This document shows, piece after piece, positions 1 through 7,390 of a stretch of DNA of 32,000 nt (position 1 is its first letter; each line of letters begins with the position of its first letter). A program made the translations under genes and the position numbers. Source of the DNA: Zestosphaera tikiterensis (lineage in GTDB: Archaea > Thermoproteota > Thermoprotei_A > Sulfolobales > NBVN01); NCBI GenBank assembly GCA_003056265.1, contig NBVN01000002.1, forward strand, positions 120,001 to 152,000, read 5' to 3'. The notes beneath the pieces are model-generated. The model searched no databases, had not been told where the DNA came from, and was given only the letters and a program-made list of their open reading frames with translations.

Positions 1-300
1 GGTATATGGAGGTATTACATAGCTGGATTCTTCGATGCAGAGGGTGGAGTGGATATAACTAAGAAGCAATTGAAGATATACCAATCATGGAGAGGTGAAG
101 TATGTCCCCCATTAATGGATATAAAAGATAAGATGCTAACTCTTTTTGGAATAGAGAGTGGGGAAGTATCCAGGTACCCTAATAGAAGATACAACCCAAG
201 ATTCGTTGTAAGAATAAAGAAAAAATACACATATATGTTTTACAAAACTTTCCCATTATTAAACCCATCTAAAATAAACAAGATCAAGCTCATTATTTAA
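1..300 (+). CDS. LAGLIDADG homing endonuclease, C-terminal domain (5'-partial, intron-encoded)
   Basis: Frame 1 is open from base 1: GIWRYYIAGFFDAEGGVDIT...KLII*. YIAGFFDAEGG is a LAGLIDADG motif. The ORF is embedded in the 23S gene and stops with TAA at 298-300. Confidence 0.85.
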   Translation, partial: GIWRYYIAGFFDAEGGVDITKKQLKIYQSWRGEVCPPLMDIKDKMLTLFGIESGEVSRYPNRRYNPRFVVRIKKKYTYMFYKTFPLLNPSKINKIKLII

Positions 301-330
301 ATCCTTTTAGGGCGGAGGGATGGTGGCCGC
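1..330 (+). mobile_element. 3' part of an ORF-containing archaeal rRNA intron interrupting the 23S GTPase-associated-centre region. The 5' end is outside the window and the 3' junction is ambiguous within 301-333.
   Basis: AT-rich coding sequence (1-300) is followed by a short GC-rich tail (ggcggagggatggtggccgc). Recognisable 23S sequence then begins (AACAGCTCACC..., E. coli ~1096-1104). Confidence 0.6.
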
Positions 331-1161
331 AAAACAGCTCACCCGCCGAGGCCGCGGGCCCCGAAAATACGTCGGGGCTTAAGCCGGCCGCCGAGACCCC
401 GGGGCACGGCCTCCATGAGGCCGTGATCCGGTAGGAGGGCGTCGGGATGGGGTAGAAGTCGGGCCGTGAGGTCCGATGGACCCGTCCCGAGTGCGGATCC
501 CGGCGGTAGTAACAGCAAAGTGGGGTGAGAATCCCCACGGCCGGAAGGGCCAGGGTTCCTCAGCAACGGTCGTCAGCTGAGGGTTAGCCGGTCCTAAGGC
601 AGGCCGTAACTCGGTCCTGCCGAAAGGGAAACGGGTTAATATTCCCGTGCCGCGGAGGTAGGTGCGGCAACGCAAGCCCGAACCCTGACGCGTCGAGGTA
701 GGCCGACCGAGGCAGCCGCCTCGGCTAACTACCCGAAGGCCGGGGAGTGCCGTAACGGCGAGAACCGGCTGAAGGGAGGAATGGCCCCCGTTAGGGGGTT
801 CGGCCGAGCCTCGGCGCCCTTGAAAAGGGGTTCGGGAACGAACCTCCGCGACCGTACCGAGAACCGACACAGGTGCCCCTGGGTGAGGAGCCCAAGGCTT
901 GTGGGGGCTAACCCAGGCTAGGGAACTCGGCAAATTAGCCCCGTAACTTCGGGATAAGGGGTGCCTGCGGTTCTGCGGAAAACCCGTGGAACCGCGGGTC
1001 GCAGTGACAAGGGGGTCCTGACTGTTTAATAAAAACATAGCTCCCCGCTAGTCCGAAAGGATTAGTACGGGGGGTGAATCCTGGCCACTGGCGGTACGTG
1101 AAGCCGGGGTACAACCCGGTGAAGCGCCGCTGAAGGCCGGGGGTAACTCTGACCCTCTTAA

Positions 1162-1745
1162 CGGGGGTCTCCCACCCGCTAGCAACACGGTAGTTTATAC
1201 TTATTACATGGGTGGAAAAGATGCAACTGGGACTGGTGAGGTAATGAGGCCAGAAATAATAGGATATGTTGTGGGCTTCATTGATGCTGAAGGGAGTTTC
1301 TCAGTGAGCGTGAAGTTACAGAAAGACGTTGTATATGGAGTGAGGCTTGATCCCGTCTTCAGCATAACTCAGCAAGGGAGGGAGCCTCTTGAAGTTATCG
1401 CTGATGTACTTAATGCGGGAAGAATAATTCGAAAGCCTGGTCAAAGACACCTGTGGTTGCTTATAGTAGATAGAATGAGTGAGCTGACTCAGAGCTTAAT
1501 ACCGTTCTTGGACAAATACAGGGATCTCCTTCTAGCTAAGAGAGAAATATATGAGCTGTTTAGGGAGATAGTCATTGGCTTGCATAGTGGAATGCATAAA
1601 AGACCTGCGGGTCTTAAGAAGCTTGTGACTTTATCTTACAGCCTCTCTAGATTGAACTCGAAGGCCCATAGAAAGAGGGCCCTTAAACAAATTTTAGAAA
1701 TAATCGATTCCCGTGTTGCCGAGTGGGGGGAGCCCCCGGGAGATA
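1162..1745 (+). mobile_element. ORF-containing archaeal rRNA intron inserted between CTCTTAA and GGTAGCC (E. coli ~1927, H69/H70 junction)
   Basis: The flanks rejoin to give the conserved CCTCTTAA|GGTAGCCAAATGCC. A long-range closing helix (1171-1190 with 1711-1727, e.g. gcaacacgg/ccgtgttgc and cccac/gtggg) encloses the ORF. Confidence 0.85.
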
Positions 1746-1750
1746 GGTAG
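1208..1750 (+). CDS. Single-motif LAGLIDADG homing endonuclease (180 aa, presumably homodimeric type)
   Basis: It has one motif, VVGFIDAEGSF, near the N-terminus and lies inside the 23S intron. The TAG stop (1748-1750) lies 3 nt inside the downstream exon (GGTAG). Confidence 0.85.
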   Translation: MGGKDATGTGEVMRPEIIGYVVGFIDAEGSFSVSVKLQKDVVYGVRLDPVFSITQQGREPLEVIADVLNAGRIIRKPGQRHLWLLIVDRMSELTQSLIPFLDKYRDLLLAKREIYELFREIVIGLHSGMHKRPAGLKKLVTLSYSLSRLNSKAHRKRALKQILEIIDSRVAEWGEPPGDR

Positions 1751-1770
1751 CCAAATGCCTTGCCGGGTAA

Positions 1771-1815
1771 GGCAGGCACCACGTATTGCATAATATGTGG
1801 TGTCTGCCCTCGACA
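1771..1815 (+). other. 45-nt ORF-less insertion (candidate mini-intron) in the H71 loop, at the I-DmoI homing site (E. coli ~1952)
   Basis: The flanks ATGCCTTGCCGGGTAA and GTTCCGGCGCGCAT rejoin to the I-DmoI recognition sequence and the conserved GGGTAAGTTCC. The insert forms a near-perfect hairpin (1771-1808) plus a 7-nt tail. Confidence 0.75.
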
Positions 1816-2412
1816 GTTCCGGCGCGCATGAATGGATCAACGAGGGCCCCACTGTCCCAGCCTGGGACCCCGTGAAGCCCACGGGGCTGGTGCACAGGCC
1901 AGCATCCCCCCGTAGGGAGAGAAGACCTCGTGGAGCTTTACCGCAGCCTGGCGTTGGTTCTCGGGTTGCGGTGCGTAGCGTAGGCGGGAGGCTGTGAACC
2001 CACTCTTCCGGGGGTGGGTGAGCCGTAAGTGAAACACCGCCTACCGCGATCTGAGGGCCTAACCTCGGGTTCGCCCGAGGGACAGCGTCAGGTGGGCGGT
2101 TCGGCTGGGGCGGCACGCCTGCGAAAAGATAACACAGGCGCCCAAAGGTCAGCTCAGGCGGGTCAGAACTCCGCCGTAGAGTGCAAGGGCAAAAGCTGGC
2201 CTTACCAGACCCTTGAACGTAAGGGGTCTGGTCGGGAAACCGCGGCCTAGCGAACGCTCGTGCCCCCTTCGGTGGGGGCCGGGCATGACAGAAAAGTTAC
2301 CCCGAGGATAACAGGGTCGTCGCGGGCGAGAGTCCCCATCGACCCCGCGGTTTGCTACATCGATGTCGGCTCTTCCCATCCTGGGAGTGCAGCAGCTCCC
2401 AAGGGTGGGGCT

Positions 2413-2463
2413 AAGGGGGTAAGGCGCTTAAGAAGGTAAGCGTTCTTCCCCCTCCCTAAGCCC
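2413..2463 (+). other. ~51-nt GC-rich hairpin insertion inside the A-loop hairpin H92 (E. coli ~2552). It could be an intron or an expansion; the exact boundaries are unresolved.
   Basis: Where CCCAAGGGTGGGGCTGTTCGCCCATTAAAGG is expected, the sequence reads GGGTGGGGCT-[aagggggtaaggcgcttaagaaggtaagcGTTCttccccctccctaagccc]-GCCCATTAAAGG. Confidence 0.6.
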
Positions 2464-2865
2464 GCCCATTAAAGGGGAGCGTGAGCTGGGTTTAGAGCGT
2501 CGTGAGACAGCTCGGACTCTACCCACGGGGGGTGCGGGCCGCCTGAGGGGAAGGCATCCCAAGTACGAAAGGAACGGGATGTCGCGGCCTCTGGTCTACC
2601 GGCTGTCCGGCAGGGCATGCCGGGCAGCTACGCCGTGCGAGCTAACCGCTGAAAGCATCTAAGCGGGAAGCTCGCCCCGAAAAGAGGCGGCCGTTCGCCG
2701 GAGGTTCCCTCCGGCGACGAGGGCACCCGTAGAAGACGGGTTTGATGGGGCGGGGGTGTATGCCCGCCGCTCCCAATAGCCCGAGGCTGACGCTTGCCGG
2801 GTGTTGGTTAGTACGGTGTTGATAGAACCTGTGCGTGGCGTGAGGTATTTCTTAATCATTTATTT

Positions 2866-2890
2866 TGAGGTATTCACCTCATCGTTTTTA
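2866..2890 (+). terminator. Hairpin plus T-run downstream of the 23S gene
   Basis: tgaggt-attc-acctca is followed by tcgttttt. GC content drops just upstream. Confidence 0.4.
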
Positions 2891-2895
2891 AACGT

Positions 2896-3690
2896 TCATA
2901 ACCTCATACGACCTTCTACGAATTCCTTAAGGGTTTGTAATTCAACGTATTTCTCACTGCCTACGTTTAAATTTATGTTTAAGGGGGTTATAGTTACACA
3001 CCCTTCCTCAAACCTCTTAACGTCGCTATCCTCCTCCAGCGAAGACCTCACAACCTTAAGCCAGTAGTAGTCATGACCTCTTGGATCAACCCCCTTAACG
3101 TATGTAGCTCTCCACCTAAGTCTAGCTGCTTTAACTACGTCAACGCAGTTGCTGTAATTCATAGGTATGTTAACGGAGAGTACGTCAACACCTTGAGGTA
3201 GACCGTAAACCAACACATACTCAGTTAAAGCCCTAATAACTTGAGACGCAACACCTCTAAACCTCACATTGCTGAAGCCCTCGAAAGATTCGGAACCTGA
3301 AGAAAAAGCCACAGCAGGTATACCCATCAAAGCAGCTTCAATAGCTAAAGCTACCGTACCGCTGTAGAATATATGTTGCAACGATAGATTATCACCGACG
3401 TTAACGCCTGAAAGCACCACATCCGGCTTAAAACCTAGGACCTCCATAGCTAAGTGCAGCCCATCAACTGGAGTGCCGTCAGTAACGTAAACATCCCACC
3501 CCTCCCAACCCTTCCTAACAAACCTCAAAGGCTTGCTGAAGGTTATCTCCCTACCAGTAGCTGACCTAGGGCTCTCAGTAGAAACTATCAAAACCTCACC
3601 TAAATCAGCTACGGAGCCAGCAAGCAGGTAAAGACCTGGGCTTAAATACCCGTCATCATTCGAAACTAAGATCCTCCAACTCAACTCCAA
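2896..3690 (-). CDS. surE: 5'/3'-nucleotidase SurE
   Basis: It has the N-terminal ILVSNDDG signature, SGVNVGDN, and a length of ~264 aa. TTG start. Confidence 0.9.
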   Translation of the reverse strand: MELSWRILVSNDDGYLSPGLYLLAGSVADLGEVLIVSTESPRSATGREITFSKPLRFVRKGWEGWDVYVTDGTPVDGLHLAMEVLGFKPDVVLSGVNVGDNLSLQHIFYSGTVALAIEAALMGIPAVAFSSGSESFEGFSNVRFRGVASQVIRALTEYVLVYGLPQGVDVLSVNIPMNYSNCVDVVKAARLRWRATYVKGVDPRGHDYYWLKVVRSSLEEDSDVKRFEEGCVTITPLNINLNVGSEKYVELQTLKEFVEGRMRL

Positions 3691-3813
3691 CCCTAAATAG
3701 TATGGTTACTAACGTAAAATAACTTAAAAATAATAAGTGCTGAAGTAAGAAATCATAGGCAATGAGGGAGGCTGGTATTACTGACGAGTGATGAAAGACA
3801 CCGGAACCGAGCC

Positions 3814-4581
3814 ATAATAAACGAAGGAGACTTAGTACTTATTTATATAGACCCTAGAAGACATAAAGTAATACAGGTAAAGAGAAGTAAAACCCTACAT
3901 ACGGATAAGGGGTACGTAAGGCTTGACGACCTAATAGGTTTGGAGTGGGGCACACAGATAACTTTAAGCACAGGAGCTAAAGCATACGTGCTTAAACCAA
4001 CCTTAAACGACGTATTGATGACAGCCTTCAAAAGAGTGACGCAGGTTATATATCCTAAAGACATATCATTAATGATATTCTACTCAGGCATTAAACAAGG
4101 CTCTAAAGTCCTTGAGTCAGGAGTGGGTACGGGCTTCCTCACAGCAGCGCTTGCTTGGTACGTAGGTAACGAAGGGCATATCTACGGCTACGAAATAAAC
4201 GAGAAATACGTAGAGGTAGCGCGTAGAAACCTCGAATTGATAGGCCTAGCAGATAGAGTCACTATAAAAAATAAAGACGTAACTCAAAACGTAGATGAGG
4301 TGGAACTCGACGCCGCATTCCTAGACATACCAAACCCTTGGGATGCGTTACCGCAACTCAACAAAGCTTTAAAACCCTCAGCCACAGCCGTGATTTTCAT
4401 ACCAACAGTAAATCAAATAATCAAAACAACGCAAGCGCTACTTAAAGAGGGGTTTATAGACGTTAAAGTGTTTGAAACAACCCTTAGGGAATACCAACCA
4501 AATCCAGAAGCGCTTAGACCTAAGACGTTCTACGTAACGCATACAGGCTACATAATCACAGCAAGAAAAACAAAACAGTAA
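3814..4581 (+). CDS. trmI: tRNA (adenine-N1)-methyltransferase TrmI/Gcd14-like. The start codon is uncertain: the ORF-track start is TTG at 3940, but similarity extends upstream.
   Basis: It has the SAM motif VLESGVGTGFLT, DLPNPW-like FLDIPNPWDA, and THTGYI at the C-terminus. The in-frame upstream sequence IINEGDLVLIYIDPRRHKVIQVKRSKTLHTDKGYVRLDDLIG resembles the TrmI N-terminal domain. Confidence 0.8.
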   Translation: MINEGDLVLIYIDPRRHKVIQVKRSKTLHTDKGYVRLDDLIGLEWGTQITLSTGAKAYVLKPTLNDVLMTAFKRVTQVIYPKDISLMIFYSGIKQGSKVLESGVGTGFLTAALAWYVGNEGHIYGYEINEKYVEVARRNLELIGLADRVTIKNKDVTQNVDEVELDAAFLDIPNPWDALPQLNKALKPSATAVIFIPTVNQIIKTTQALLKEGFIDVKVFETTLREYQPNPEALRPKTFYVTHTGYIITARKTKQ

Positions 4582-4804
4582 CAAATTAAACCGCACACCG
4601 CTTTAAACTCCAAACCAAGATAATGCGCTACCGCACACACACTCGCGCATATCGACTCCCACCTCAAAGAGCGGGAATCCACTCAGAGGAGTTTACTTGT
4701 CTTAAATACATTCCTCTCACCCCTTACGAGCTGAGATCACCAGATCGTAAAATCCAACGTTTTTTAATTTATTATAAACAGCTAAGATATCTCCGGTGTA
4801 GGAA

Positions 4805-5437
4805 GTGCTTGTTAAGTTAATCGCCTGGTCTTCCGGCCTCGTTAAAGACCCCCGCAGACTCGTGTTACTAGCTATAAAGACATCAGCAGGCAAGCTAAAG
4901 GAAAAACCCCTCGAACATTACCTTAAGGAATATCCTGAAGACAGACTCAGCGAGTGGTTATTACAAGCAGTTAAATACCCCTCAACATTAGAACACATTA
5001 CATTCACATTCTACATAGAAGGGATATCCAGAGTCACCAGCCATCAGCTAGTAAGGCATAGAATAGCTTCATACACGCAAGAAAGTCAGAGATACTCAAC
5101 AGCAGAAAACGACTACATCACACCACCGTCGATAGCCAACAACATGTGGGAGCTTAAATTCAAGGAGTACGTAAATAAAGCCTACGAGTTATATAATGAA
5201 ATGATTAAGTCAGGCATACCTTACGAAGACGCTAGATACATACTACCTCAAGCATCGTCAACACGCCTCTTAATGACTGTAAACCTTAGGGAATTCATCC
5301 ACATAGCATGCTTACGAACGTCAATACACGCGCAGTGGGAAATCAAAGAACTCTTAAACTCCATGGTAAATGAAGTCTCTAAGGTAATCCCAGAAATAAA
5401 TGAGTTAATACTGAAGGGATGTGAAGAAGGGATTTAA
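4805..5437 (+). CDS. thyX: Flavin-dependent thymidylate synthase ThyX
   Basis: It carries the ThyX motif RHRIASYTQESQRY. GTG start, with an AT-rich TATA-like box (tttattataaa) ~30 nt upstream. Confidence 0.9.
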   Translation: MLVKLIAWSSGLVKDPRRLVLLAIKTSAGKLKEKPLEHYLKEYPEDRLSEWLLQAVKYPSTLEHITFTFYIEGISRVTSHQLVRHRIASYTQESQRYSTAENDYITPPSIANNMWELKFKEYVNKAYELYNEMIKSGIPYEDARYILPQASSTRLLMTVNLREFIHIACLRTSIHAQWEIKELLNSMVNEVSKVIPEINELILKGCEEGI

Positions 5438-5475
5438 CATAATTATAACGTTCTTAACGGGCTCATCACACCCCT

Positions 5476-6114
5476 TCAGCACTCAATTATGTTAAACAAC
5501 TCCCTTAAATCATAAACTACGTAATCGGGGGCAACCCTAGTGTTCTTACACGTCCCCCTACATACCAGCACAGCAATAGAGCCTATCTCCTTAGCTGGCA
5601 ACACGTCGTATTCCGTATCGCCAACAACCACCGCTTCACTGAAGGTAAGGTTAAGCTTCTTAATAGCTAACACGAAAGTTTCAGGGTCTGGCTTACCCTT
5701 ACCGACGATATCGCTGCCGACCACCACATCCACGTAATTTCTAATCCCCACAGCGTTTAACACAGCTTCAATCGTTTCAACGTTGGTGGAGGACGCCACA
5801 CCCACCGAAACTTTACATTCAAATTTCAACCTACTTAAAACCTCAGGAACCTCACTATACAGCTTAACCTCATTCACCCTACTTAAATAGAGCTTCCTTT
5901 TAAACCTAGCCAACCTCAGAGCTAGGCCCTCATCCTTAACTAACGTCTTAGCTATATCCTCAGCCGACATTCCAACAAAACCTCTAACCTTCTTGGGATC
6001 CACCTCCACACCGAAAACACGGCCTGCTTCAACCCACGTGCTTACATGCAAATCGACGCTATCCACCAACGTACCATCTAAGTCAAAAATCACGCCTTTA
6101 ACCCTCGCAGGCAT
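5476..6114 (-). CDS. HAD-superfamily hydrolase (beta-phosphoglucomutase / phosphatase-like)
   Basis: Motif I is FDLDGTLVDS, motif III/IV is GKGKPDP...GDTEYDV. Confidence 0.85.
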   Translation of the reverse strand: MPARVKGVIFDLDGTLVDSVDLHVSTWVEAGRVFGVEVDPKKVRGFVGMSAEDIAKTLVKDEGLALRLARFKRKLYLSRVNEVKLYSEVPEVLSRLKFECKVSVGVASSTNVETIEAVLNAVGIRNYVDVVVGSDIVGKGKPDPETFVLAIKKLNLTFSEAVVVGDTEYDVLPAKEIGSIAVLVCRGTCKNTRVAPDYVVYDLRELFNIIEC

Positions 6115-6133
6115 AGCCTACACCCCCAATAAA

Positions 6134-6433
6134 CTAAGCGCTGGGTAACAACCTGTAAAGGACTTCATAAACAGCTACCCACGAGATAAACTCAACCGAG
6201 TAGAATAAGCTAATACTTAAAGCCTTTCCGGAGGCTTTAACTATCCTACTATAGATAAAGATGTAAATAAAATAGCTTAAGAAATACACAGCAACTAAAG
6301 CCACATCAAAGAATACGTTGCTAAACCTCAACCAACGCTTAACTACAAATGAAGTAACGCCTAAAACAACACCATAGAATACGCCGAAGTACAAGCTTCT
6401 TTTAAGCAATGGCTCCACATCATCCACCTCCAC
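6134..6433 (-). CDS. Small hypothetical membrane protein (99 aa)
   Basis: It has three hydrophobic stretches, overlaps the upstream ORF by 14 nt and ends 19 nt before the HAD gene, which suggests an operon. Confidence 0.5.
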   Translation of the reverse strand: MEVDDVEPLLKRSLYFGVFYGVVLGVTSFVVKRWLRFSNVFFDVALVAVYFLSYFIYIFIYSRIVKASGKALSISLFYSVEFISWVAVYEVLYRLLPSA

Positions 6434-6977
6434 ATAACTCTTTAACCTTACTTAAAACTTCATTACCTAAAGAACACAGCGTTGAAACGTAGCCTTTAAT
6501 CACATTAACATCGCATAAATGAACCTTAAGGGATGAGATCTCCGTAAGTGAAGAACTACAGAAGACTTCACCACCCTTTAAAAGCAACGCTTTAAGAACC
6601 AACCTACCGTCGCGTGCCTTACGCACCTGCGTAAAAATAGATAGATCCCCACCTACTTTTTTAACGCATCGAAGCTCCCCACCCACGCTGGAACACACAC
6701 CTAAAAACCCTCTAAACCTAGATAAAGCACCGCATTCTAAAGTAACAACTAAGTAAACCTCCATATAACAAGAACTTACGTACCCGAGAATCCCCCTAAA
6801 GAAATCTTCAGGAGGACTCTCCCCACAACGACCTCTTAAAAAAACCTTAAAGAAACCCGAGCTGGAATCAAGGACAAGAACTTCACCACGCCACAACTTT
6901 ACGAATTTACTAAAACCAACGTAGTCACTCCTTACCTTACCGGACACCACAAAGTTTAACATTACATCACCATCCAT
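6420..6977 (-). CDS. Hypothetical Cys-rich protein (185 aa), no family recognised
   Basis: A long ORF in coding-like composition, apparently translationally coupled to the next ORF. Confidence 0.5.
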   Translation of the reverse strand: MDGDVMLNFVVSGKVRSDYVGFSKFVKLWRGEVLVLDSSSGFFKVFLRGRCGESPPEDFFRGILGYVSSCYMEVYLVVTLECGALSRFRGFLGVCSSVGGELRCVKKVGGDLSIFTQVRKARDGRLVLKALLLKGGEVFCSSSLTEISSLKVHLCDVNVIKGYVSTLCSLGNEVLSKVKELCGGG

Positions 6978-7121
6978 AAAAACTACCTATCACGCAGCTT
7001 ATAGGCGCTCTATATTAAATAACCTACACAATTAAAACTACCCAAATGGTGGGATATCAACAACACTTTAAAATCTATGGCGTAAGGAAGAACATAGTAC
7101 TTCGTTAAGAGGGATGCGGGA

Positions 7122-7370
7122 TTGAGCCCAGCCAATAGATATACATGCCTCGTATGCGGTAGGAAATTCCCTGAAGGGCAAGGAGTAACGTTAGAAGTCG
7201 GTAGTAGGAAATACGCGTTTCACAGTAAAACATGTGCGTTGAAGTTTTTGAAGAAAGCCTTAGAAAACATCGAAATCAACGCATTAATTAACACCTTCGA
7301 TAAAACAGCTAAGGAGTTTGAAGAAGTTTTAAAAAGTAAGAGCGAATTAAAATCTAAGAAGATAGGGTAG
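7122..7370 (+). CDS. Small TRASH / L24e-like zinc-ribbon domain protein (82 aa)
   Basis: CLVCGRKFPEGQGVTLEVGSRKYAFHSKTCALKF resembles the L24e/TRASH pattern CxxCG...G.......FCSxxC. TTG start. Confidence 0.55.
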   Translation: MSPANRYTCLVCGRKFPEGQGVTLEVGSRKYAFHSKTCALKFLKKALENIEINALINTFDKTAKEFEEVLKSKSELKSKKIG

Positions 7371-7390
7371 AAAGCTACAGCATCAACTCA

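Larger units (their letters stand above)
301..2800 (+). rRNA. rrl: 23S rRNA gene, 3' ~60% (E. coli ~1095-2904), interrupted by introns or insertions at 1162-1745, 1771-1815 and 2413-2463. The 3' end is approximate (+/-30).
   Basis: Universal 23S blocks are readable: ACCGACACAGGTG, CCCCGTAACTTCGGGA, CTGTTTAATAAAAACA, GGTAGCCAAATGCCTTGCCGGGTAAG, GAAGACCTCGTGGAGCTTTAC, GGATAACAGG, CATCGATGTCGGCTC, GAGCTGGGTTTAGAGCGTCGTGAGACAGCTCGG, AGTACGAAAGGAAC (sarcin-ricin loop) and GCTGAAAGCATCTAAGC. The region is very GC-rich compared with its AT-rich flanks. Confidence 0.97.

Noticed and set aside
293-2379. Many ORFs of 66-219 aa on both strands (e.g. 379-1038 minus, 1694-2116 minus, 1797-1997 plus, 2029-2250 plus)
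   Set aside because: They lie inside GC-rich 23S rRNA exons and have Pro/Arg/Gly-rich low-complexity translations. This is a typical artefact of stop-poor GC-rich RNA genes.
2801-3067. 88-aa ORF on the plus strand after the 23S gene
   Set aside because: It starts in the rRNA 3' flank and runs antisense to surE. It has no motif, and surE explains the region.
4590-4820. 65-aa ORF (4623-4820) and a possible ncRNA in the trmI-thyX spacer. The spacer is somewhat GC-enriched, has the hairpins atgcgc...gcgcat and agagga...tcctct, and a T6 at ~4760.
   Set aside because: The ORF is Arg-rich, overlaps the thyX start and looks non-coding. I found no C/D, H/ACA or tRNA architecture on either strand. 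Structure alone is too weak to call an RNA gene. It is worth an Rfam scan only.
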